A stretch of 64,000 nucleotides of DNA from Candidatus Bruticola sp. Its GTDB lineage: Bacteria; Vulcanimicrobiota; Xenobia; Xenobiales; Xenobiaceae. Location: positions 64,000 to 127,999 of the forward strand of contig JBJEGD010000022.1 in NCBI GenBank assembly GCA_051874735.1. Direction: 5' to 3'. Below are positions 1 to 7,476 of this stretch, piece by piece. The stretch's first letter is position 1. Each line of letters begins with the position of its first letter. The position numbers and the translations under genes were made by a program. Below the pieces are notes generated by a model that saw nothing but the letters and a program-made list of their open reading frames with translations, made no database searches and was not told where the DNA came from.

Positions 1-1227
1 CTTTTCAGCAGCTAAACGCCCCATTATAGCTCGCTTGCCGTGATCGCGATCTCCTCCACATCCGAAAACCAAAGTCAACTTGCCTTTTGTAATCATACGA
101 GCAGAATCGAGCAAATTAGACAAGCCATCTGGAGAATGGGCATAATCTACAATGACAGTAAAGTTTTGGCCTTTACGAACGAGCTGGAAGCGCCCAGGAA
201 CGGCAGCGACCGATTCTAGACCTTTAACAATACACTTTCCATCGATGCGCAAAGCCATACCGACGGCAGCAGCGGCCAAAGCGTTGTGCAAATTAAAGAG
301 TCCAGAAAGTGGCAAATTTACCTCGAATTCTCCAACACGAGTCTCGATAGTGAAACTCAGCCCACTTGGGTTTGCTTTGACGTCGTAAGCTCGCACATCA
401 GCTTTGCATGAAGTTCCGTAAGTTATCACCGGAACGCGCCCCTTGACCATTTCAATTAAACGAACTCCATAAGGGTCATCTAAGTTGATAACAGCGAAAG
501 GCCCAATCTTGCGATCACCATAAGTGCCAAGCCGAGTGAAAAGCTTGGCCTTAGATAAGAAATAATTCTCCATGTTTAAATGGAAATCCAGGTGATCTTG
601 AGTCAAATTAGTAAAAACGGCGATATCATAGGGAATCCCATAAACTCGATCCAGAGCTAAAGCATGAGATGATACTTCCATGACTAGGCTATCCTGTCCA
701 GCATCGAGCATCTTGGCGAACATTTTGTGCAAGTCGAAAGATTCAGGAGTTGTATTAGCAAGTTTAAACTTCTCTCCGGCGACATGGGCCTCGATCGTGC
801 CTAGCATTCCGGGATTGAATCCAGCTTTCTTAAGAATAGCCTCAATCAAATAAGTGGTCGTTGTCTTGCCATTAGTTCCTGTTACGCCAACGTTTACAAG
901 TTTTTTTGCAGGATTACCAAAATATGCAGCAGAAAGTTTAGCCAAAGCTCTGCGCGTGTTGTTCGTCTTTATAATGGTAACGCCGGAAGATGGCACCCCA
1001 TCAGGGATATGCTCCACCACCAGAGCAGCCGCTCCCTTCTCTAGAGCGTCAGCTGCGAAAGCGTGACCATCACATTGAAAACCTGTCACGCAAACAAACA
1101 GATCTCCTGACTTAACTTGCCTAGAATCGCAGCTTAAACCGCTTATTTCCGTACTTAGGTCACCTATAACCTCAGTAGATGTAGATCCTATCAGACGACT
1201 CAATTCAGCGACATTAGTCCTAGTCAT
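1..1227 (-). CDS. murE: UDP-N-acetylmuramoyl-tripeptide synthetase MurE (3' end runs off the window)
   Basis: Not in the ORF track. Manual translation from ATG at 1227 gives MTRTNVAEL...DSRQVKSGDLFVC..G...DGH, GVTGTNGKTTT (P-loop), NTTPES, MEVSSHAL, FTNLTQDHLDFH, DYAHSPDGL and FGCGGDRD.GKR.IMG. It follows ftsI, as expected in a dcw cluster. Confidence 0.95.
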   Translation of the reverse strand, partial: MTRTNVAELSRLIGSTSTEVIGDLSTEISGLSCDSRQVKSGDLFVCVTGFQCDGHAFAADALEKGAAALVVEHIPDGVPSSGVTIIKTNNTRRALAKLSAAYFGNPAKKLVNVGVTGTNGKTTTTYLIEAILKKAGFNPGMLGTIEAHVAGEKFKLANTTPESFDLHKMFAKMLDAGQDSLVMEVSSHALALDRVYGIPYDIAVFTNLTQDHLDFHLNMENYFLSKAKLFTRLGTYGDRKIGPFAVINLDDPYGVRLIEMVKGRVPVITYGTSCKADVRAYDVKANPSGLSFTIETRVGEFEVNLPLSGLFNLHNALAAAAVGMALRIDGKCIVKGLESVAAVPGRFQLVRKGQNFTVIVDYAHSPDGLSNLLDSARMITKGKLTLVFGCGGDRDHGKRAIMGRLAAEK

Positions 1228-1260
1228 AATTGTTTCCTGGGCAACCTTAACCTTTCGACT

Positions 1261-3168
1261 TTATTTTATATTGCCTGGTTCATATTCTTCCTGGACATAT
1301 CCGGAAACGGGTGGAACTCCCAAAACGGGCAAAATTCTTTTACATATATTACTGAACACAGGAGCGGCTACTCGACCACCGTAGTATTCTTTCGTCGGCC
1401 TGTCGATCTTAATAACTATAACTACGGCAGGATCTTCTATTGGCGCGATTCCTACAAACCCCGCCGTATATTGGTTTGGAAGATAACCGCGTCCGCCTTC
1501 GGCGATTTGCGCAGTGCCTGTTTTGCCTCCAACCTTATATCCAGGAACCCGTGCTCTCTTTCCAGAACCGACACTAACAACTCCAGCCATGATGCTACGA
1601 ATTTCCTTGGCTTCTTCTTTGCTTATTGGACGGCTTAAAACTTCAGGCTTGAGAGAATAAGTAACTTTTTTATCGCAACTAGGATTATCTGGATCTCGCT
1701 CGAGTCTTGAGTATTCTTTAATTTCTTTTCCGTCGGCTGTAACAATAGCTTTAACCAAATGAGGCTTCATGCGAACTCCATCATTAGCAACTCCCTGAAC
1801 GGCTGAAGCCAACTGCAAAGGAGTTATGCCCACAGCTTGGCCAAAGGAAATATTCGCCAAAGTTAAATTGCTCCAGTTCTTCCAAGAAGGAAATAAACCG
1901 CAAGATTCACCGTAAACCTCGATGCCTGTTGTTTGACCGATACCGAACTCTTCCAAACTAGTGCCCAAAGCTTTAGCTCCTAGCGACATAGCCAAACTAA
2001 CTGTACCAGTATTGAACGAATAAGCAATCACATCGGCAATCGTCTCAGTACCCCGAGAATTCAAACCGTCTTCGGCGTTGTGAATTACCTCGCCCCCAAC
2101 AGGGATAGTGTCGGGGCAGTAAACTTGGGAAGTTATGCTATAGCCATTTTTGATGGCTGCGCACGCAGTAAGAACCTTAAAAATCGAACCTGGCTCATAA
2201 AAATCACAGGCGATCTTATTTCTATAAGACGAAGCAGGATAATCATAATATTGTTCAGGAGCGAAATCTGGATAAGTGGCCATTGCTAAAACATCTGCGC
2301 TGCGAGCATCTAAAATAAGCACAGAGCCCCCAGCCGCTCCGAACTGAACAACTTGCTTTTTCAGTTCATCCTCAGCCACAAACTGGACAAATTCGTCGAT
2401 TGTCAATATAATGCTATTGCCGTCAAGTGATTCATTTCCTTCTTGTTGATCTTTATTGAGAACCGGAGCTCCAGGCACAACGTTGCCTTTTGAGTCTACC
2501 TGTTCGTCCATAGAAAAAACCGTTTTCGGAGAGAGCTCCGGATCGAAAAACGCTTCTAGACCTTCTCCCCCATTGTCTTCATCGTGCTCTTCATCGATCT
2601 GTACAAAGCCCAAAACCTGTGAAGCTAAACGCCCCTTTGGATAATAGCGGAAGCCAGACTTGATTCTATCATCAATTTCGATAGCATTAAGAGAGTATTC
2701 GTCGTCTTTAACTTTACCATCTTGAACGGCCAAGCTCACATCATCCTTCAGCTTAGTTAGTGCTAGACACATCTCATCAGTCGCATTTTTATTAAGATAG
2801 GCAAATGTATCGCTAGTATCTAAAATTTTAAAAAGCTCCTGCTGCTCCATCTTGAGAATAGGCGCCAGTAAAGCACTAGTTTTGGCGGCATCTTTCACTG
2901 AGTCAGGATGGCAATATATTATGCGGCGTTTTCTGCTAGCAGCCAACACGTGGTGGTTTCGATCGTAGATTGTTCCTCTGAGACCGCGCTTCTCAACGTC
3001 ATCGCCCTTAACTGCGTCTTGTTTTTCTTTTACCTTGGAGGAATACATGATGTTATCAACGCCTTGCATCCATAGCTGCCTAGCCATGATAACAGCAAAG
3101 CCGCACACAATGAGGATAAAAATTCCTGCAATCCGTTCTCGAAAACAGCTTTGAAAATCTTTCTTCAT
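1261..3168 (-). CDS. ftsI: Class B penicillin-binding protein (FtsI/PBP3-like transpeptidase), no PASTA domains
   Basis: N-terminal TM helix, RGTIYDRN, RYYPKG, GLE, LTID, EPGSIFK (SxxK), SFN (SxN), GGKTGTAQ (KTG); sits between ftsL-like and murE. Confidence 0.9.
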   Translation of the reverse strand: MKKDFQSCFRERIAGIFILIVCGFAVIMARQLWMQGVDNIMYSSKVKEKQDAVKGDDVEKRGLRGTIYDRNHHVLAASRKRRIIYCHPDSVKDAAKTSALLAPILKMEQQELFKILDTSDTFAYLNKNATDEMCLALTKLKDDVSLAVQDGKVKDDEYSLNAIEIDDRIKSGFRYYPKGRLASQVLGFVQIDEEHDEDNGGEGLEAFFDPELSPKTVFSMDEQVDSKGNVVPGAPVLNKDQQEGNESLDGNSIILTIDEFVQFVAEDELKKQVVQFGAAGGSVLILDARSADVLAMATYPDFAPEQYYDYPASSYRNKIACDFYEPGSIFKVLTACAAIKNGYSITSQVYCPDTIPVGGEVIHNAEDGLNSRGTETIADVIAYSFNTGTVSLAMSLGAKALGTSLEEFGIGQTTGIEVYGESCGLFPSWKNWSNLTLANISFGQAVGITPLQLASAVQGVANDGVRMKPHLVKAIVTADGKEIKEYSRLERDPDNPSCDKKVTYSLKPEVLSRPISKEEAKEIRSIMAGVVSVGSGKRARVPGYKVGGKTGTAQIAEGGRGYLPNQYTAGFVGIAPIEDPAVVIVIKIDRPTKEYYGGRVAAPVFSNICKRILPVLGVPPVSGYVQEEYEPGNIK

Positions 3169-3254
3169 AATTATGCTCTTTTTTCATATGAATTATAGAT
3201 TCAGCTTTAAACTTATACAAGAGCCATCTACACAAAGAAACCATTAAGCCATGC

Positions 3255-3263
3255 AGTATAGCA
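3255..3263 (-). promoter_or_regulatory. Possible extended -10 element (TGcTATACT) upstream of ftsI
   Basis: The minus strand reads tgtgctatact about 90 nt upstream of the ftsI start. No well-spaced -35. Confidence 0.3.
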
Positions 3264-3423
3264 CATAATGCAGCTGCAATACACTAGAGAACAAAAGAAC
3301 TGGAGCCACAGGATGGAGGGGGATGTGGGAAGGAAGCGACATTGATACGAAGGTGACAGATACACCGGAGGGCCTTAAGCTAACGCTTTACTTTATTATG
3401 TGGATACTAACAGTACCAGGTGC

Positions 3424-3912
3424 TCAACGAGCAGATAACTTATCTTTTTTAGCCGGAGGATAGTAGAATACGCTTACTTTCTGGCCACTGCCTACTGAAC
3501 TAAGCTGCACAATGTGAACTTTATCGGCTTGCGGAGACTCCATACCCAGCAGCTTAGCTTGCTCAGAGATTCTTTTCAGCGAAGACAACTCTTCGACTTG
3601 AAGCGCAACTTTATTTTTCTGTTTATCAAGGGCGGCTAATTTATGCTGAGCTCTGTCCAATTCATATTGAACTTCAACGAGCCCAGCGTATTGGAGTGTC
3701 AGTAAAAAGACCAGCATCACTACGATAGAGAAAACGCATAAGCACCAAACTTTGGGAAGTACAGCTAATTTGGGGAGGTCATTCTTAACCTGAGCGGAGA
3801 TTTCACTTAGTTCGTCTACAGACCGAACAGTTCTTCTCCTAAGCTGCTTAGCCCATTCTGGCGGGGTGGGCAAATGTTCTACCGACCTACGGACACCAAA
3901 TTGAGACATCAA
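3424..3912 (-). CDS. ftsL: Cell division protein FtsL-like (single TM followed by coiled coil)
   Basis: TM segment VWCLCVFSIVVMLVFLLTL, heptad coiled coil, then ELSSLKRISEQAKLLGM (FtsL-type C-terminal motif); lies between rsmH and ftsI. Confidence 0.75.
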   Translation of the reverse strand: MMSQFGVRRSVEHLPTPPEWAKQLRRRTVRSVDELSEISAQVKNDLPKLAVLPKVWCLCVFSIVVMLVFLLTLQYAGLVEVQYELDRAQHKLAALDKQKNKVALQVEELSSLKRISEQAKLLGMESPQADKVHIVQLSSVGSGQKVSVFYYPPAKKDKLSAR

Positions 3913-3976
3913 CTTTTCCTTTCTCTATTGCACTAAAAAAAGACTTGCGAAAATCTGCTCTGACTGAAGCTGTTAT

Positions 3977-4966
3977 CTATATCCGCTCAGCAGCACGAAG
4001 CTTAGCTGAACGGGAACGAGGATTATCTTTTAACTCATCGTCACTTGGAAGCAACGGCTTTTTAGTTATTTCTCGTAGAACAGCCTTGGCGCCGCAAGTG
4101 CATATAGGGGCAAGAGGCGGACAAACACACCGTCCTAATCCGCTTTTAAACGCAGACTTTACAATTCGATCTTCTAAGGAATGGTAACTAATTATGACCG
4201 CTCGTCCGCCATGATTCAGTAGCTCGAGAGCACTCGCAACGCCTCTCTCCAAGACAAAAAGCTCATCATTCACCGCAATTCGCAATGCCTGGAAGGTTCT
4301 GGTAGCAGGATGAATTATCCTGCCCTTAGGATTTGAAGATTTTGTGGGGTTAGGCACTGTTCTGGAAATGAGATTGGCTAGTTCAAAAGTTGTTTCAATT
4401 GGCTTAACAGTGCGTTCTCTAACGATCGCTGCTGCAATTCGACCAGCGTAACGCTCCTCTCCCCAGCGACTTATGATATTTTTTAGCTCTTCACAAGAGG
4501 CGCCATTTACTAAATCGGCAGCGCTAATCGTCTCTGAATTACTATTCGCCATCCGCATATCAAGTTTTCCGTTGTTTTTAAAAGAAAAACCACGCCAAGG
4601 AGCATCTAACTGGTGGGAAGACACGCCTAAATCCATGAGAATACCATCTATGCTAACTACTCCAACTTGAGCAAGTATCTCCTTTAGATCAGAAAAGTTA
4701 CCTTGCAAAACGGAAAAGCTAACTTTCTGACCAGCTTGGCCTTCTAAAACTCCGCTGTCTTTGATGACACGTCCAGCTTCCAACAAAGCCTCAGGATCCT
4801 GATCTATAGATAGCAACCGACCGCCTCCCAATTCTCTGAGCCGCTTTAAAATAGCCAGAGTATGTCCTCCCCCTCCGAGAGTTGCATCTACATATGTATG
4901 ACCATTTTTTATATTTAATAAATCGATAACTTCCGATAAAAGCACCGGAACATGATATTTTTTCAT
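3977..4966 (-). CDS. rsmH: 16S rRNA m4C1402 methyltransferase RsmH (MraW)
   Basis: HVPVLLSEV, DATLGGGGH, DLGVSSHQLD, RGFSF, LDMRM, HPATRTFQALRIAVNDEL, SYHSLEDRIVK, NPRSRSAKLR. Confidence 0.97.
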   Translation of the reverse strand: MKKYHVPVLLSEVIDLLNIKNGHTYVDATLGGGGHTLAILKRLRELGGGRLLSIDQDPEALLEAGRVIKDSGVLEGQAGQKVSFSVLQGNFSDLKEILAQVGVVSIDGILMDLGVSSHQLDAPWRGFSFKNNGKLDMRMANSNSETISAADLVNGASCEELKNIISRWGEERYAGRIAAAIVRERTVKPIETTFELANLISRTVPNPTKSSNPKGRIIHPATRTFQALRIAVNDELFVLERGVASALELLNHGGRAVIISYHSLEDRIVKSAFKSGLGRCVCPPLAPICTCGAKAVLREITKKPLLPSDDELKDNPRSRSAKLRAAERI

Positions 4967-5205
4967 AGATCTACAATCGAATTATTCGATAACTCCACAG
5001 CACTTTGTTTTATTCTAGAACTGAACGGAACAAACGATACGGCACAGCCAATAGGGAAGCGAATAGTAACATGAGCTGCCGGTTCAACGTGTTCGCCGCC
5101 AAAACGGCGATCTGTAACTCGGTGCCACTTATTATTTAGCACTCCCATTTGAGCTAGGATCGGAAACACATTGCTCTTATCATTAAAAAAAAGCTCAACA
5201 CTCAT
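4963..5205 (-). CDS. Small hypothetical protein (80 aa) in the usual mraZ position
   Basis: GGAGG SD about 8 nt before ATG at 5205; its stop overlaps the rsmH start (ATGA). No MraZ DxKGR motifs. Confidence 0.55.
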   Translation of the reverse strand: MSVELFFNDKSNVFPILAQMGVLNNKWHRVTDRRFGGEHVEPAAHVTIRFPIGCAVSFVPFSSRIKQSAVELSNNSIVDL

Positions 5206-5847
5206 ATCGTTTGCCTCCAATCTTTATTATCAAGGAGCCTGCCTCGAATTTAAACAACGCTGTGATCGCAACTATTTATTGAATATACAATATTTGTTAA
5301 CGCGCCCAGAACTTGATGTCTTTAAAGATGATTTCATGTTTACGCTGACTTTGATACTATTCATCGAGATAACTTAAGTCAATTTATTAAATATAGTTTT
5401 TATCATTTTCTATGAATATATCTTTTACAGCATAAAAACTATATACAGATTATTAAATCAAATATTTAGTATAAAAATCTAAATATTTTTGCATTAAAAA
5501 AGCACTATTTTTATCCCAACCTATTAAAAAAATTCTATTTATAAGAAGAAAAAAAACATGGTTACAGACAATAAAATCTTAACGATAACGCACCAGCAAA
5601 TTATTTTCGTGAATTGGTAGAAATTTAAAAATTTCAATCAAATTTCGTATGAAATGCAAAAAAAAGCTTTAAAACCCTGAACAAATGGCAGGTTAGCCTT
5701 ATACTGAAGAAGAACCCCACCGCCCCCGGCTAAATAGGATAGTTCGCTATGCGCTTCTGCACTCCGAAGAGCAGACCCGGACTGGGAAAGATAAAAAGAT
5801 CCCGTCAGTTCATAAGCCGAAGATAATTTTTTTTGGAGTGATCTTCC

Positions 5848-7230
5848 TTGAAGCGCTATGTAATAGTGGGAGGCGGAGCAGCCGGTCTAACCTTAGCTTA
5901 TTATTTATGTAAAGCTGGACTGCCTACTGTAGTAATAGAAAGAGAAAGTAATGTAGGCGGTTTATCGCGCACTTTTCATTACGGTGACTGGTCTTTTGAC
6001 ATAGGCCCTCACCGTTTCTATTCACAAAATCCTAAAGTAAACCGATTTTTAAAAGAAGTTCAGGGAGACGGCTTTGCAGAGATACCCAGATTTTCTCAAG
6101 TGTACTTTATGGGTAAGTACCATGAATGGCCGCTGCGCTTGGAAACTATAGCCAAGCTTCCTCCCAACGTAGCTTTGCAGGCCGGCCTGGACATGTTCTT
6201 TAGAACAGGACGAAGTAACCGCAGTTCCAGCAATACTTTTAAAGATTATGTACTCTGTCGCTACGGCAAGACTTTATACGAAACTTTCTTTAAAGATTAC
6301 ACTGAGAAATTTGTGGGAATTTCTACAGAGAACACCCACCGCAATTGGGCAAAAATAGGGCTGGAACGAGCAACTATCGACGATAATGTCAACACAGCCT
6401 CTCTATTCGAGATATTCAAACTGATGCTGCTGCCTAAAAAAGCAGAGCTCAATTTTCTTTACCCTAATTCAGGTGGTATTTGTTCGTTTTGGGAAAACTG
6501 TCAACGCCGCATAATAGATATGGGCGGTGAAATTATCACTCAAAGCGAAGTATCCGCCTTAATATATAGCGTAACCGATAATGGCCTGAACGAAATTAGC
6601 GAAGTCGTTACCACAAAAGGAAAAATAGAGTGTCAGGAGTTAGCTTGGAGTGCTTCCATCAATGAACTGGCTAATAAACTTAATTTAACGCCTACACAAT
6701 TAGATTATAGATCGCAAATTATATGTTCAGTAATGTTGGATAAGCCCCCTAAACACCGCTCACAGTGGTGTTATTTCGGAGACAAGAATCTATTATTTTC
6801 TCGTATATCAAATCCATCATGCTTCAGCCCGAGCTGCGCTCCTCAAGGACGAGGGGGGCTGTGCTTGGAAATAACCTGTCAATATCAAGATGATATGTGG
6901 CACGACCCGGAAAAACTCATTCCCCGTCTCATAGAGGAGCTTCATCAAGTTGGCGTCATTAACGACAGCATCAAAGTTCTGGACGCTCGAGTTGAAAAAA
7001 TTAGGGATGCTTATCCTATTTACAGTCTTAATTACATTGACAGACTCAATCTTTTAGACAAAGAGTGCAGTGCTTTCAAAAATTTAGAATTATTAGGACG
7101 TACTGGTCGTTTCTGGTATAACAATTTAGACCATTCTATAGAAAATTCTTTAAGCACAGCTGCCAAATATTTAAAAAAGCTACATAATTTATCAGCGAAG
7201 GCGGAATCTGTTATGGAGGAAGTTTCATAG
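5848..7230 (+). CDS. FAD-dependent oxidoreductase (protoporphyrinogen oxidase / UDP-galactopyranose mutase-like superfamily)
   Basis: VIVGGGAAGL Rossmann motif, E...VGGLSRT, FDIGPHRF, FLYP..G, AYPIY, GRTGRFWYNNLDHS; TTG start with GGAG SD. Confidence 0.8.
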   Translation: MKRYVIVGGGAAGLTLAYYLCKAGLPTVVIERESNVGGLSRTFHYGDWSFDIGPHRFYSQNPKVNRFLKEVQGDGFAEIPRFSQVYFMGKYHEWPLRLETIAKLPPNVALQAGLDMFFRTGRSNRSSSNTFKDYVLCRYGKTLYETFFKDYTEKFVGISTENTHRNWAKIGLERATIDDNVNTASLFEIFKLMLLPKKAELNFLYPNSGGICSFWENCQRRIIDMGGEIITQSEVSALIYSVTDNGLNEISEVVTTKGKIECQELAWSASINELANKLNLTPTQLDYRSQIICSVMLDKPPKHRSQWCYFGDKNLLFSRISNPSCFSPSCAPQGRGGLCLEITCQYQDDMWHDPEKLIPRLIEELHQVGVINDSIKVLDARVEKIRDAYPIYSLNYIDRLNLLDKECSAFKNLELLGRTGRFWYNNLDHSIENSLSTAAKYLKKLHNLSAKAESVMEEVS

Positions 7231-7476
7231 CAGCACCCAAATTGGGCAGCAGGACGGTTCGAGCCGGTTTGGGCGCCGTGGTGTCCTTCGACAGTTCTGA
7301 ATGCGCTAACAATCAGCTTTGAACTTCCCGTAGAATTACAATATATCATCAAAGTTGAATTTATCAAATTTAGGAAAGGGGAGTTGGTCTTCCATCAGGG
7401 CTGTCTGTCTTCTGAGAGTAAATAACCAGAGCGGCTGAGCCCACATTGTGGAAGATCAATTTGCAGCGCACGCAGA

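Noticed and set aside
3320-3345. GGAAGGAAGC resembling SRP RNA helix 8
   Set aside because: The required upstream CAGGTCC pairing partner and the long flanking stem are absent.
5680-5800. Cobalamin riboswitch (ACTGGGAA on +, ACCTGCC on -)
   Set aside because: The fragments lie on opposite strands, and the AGGGAA...GCcACTG core and full B12 box are missing. Kept only as an unassigned structured element.
7240-7280. GGTTCGAGCC resembling a tRNA T-loop
   Set aside because: The T-stem does not form 5 bp, and no D-arm, anticodon arm or acceptor stem can be built.
7405-7445. TPP riboswitch (CTGAGA)
   Set aside because: No downstream GAACCTGA...AGGGA elements.
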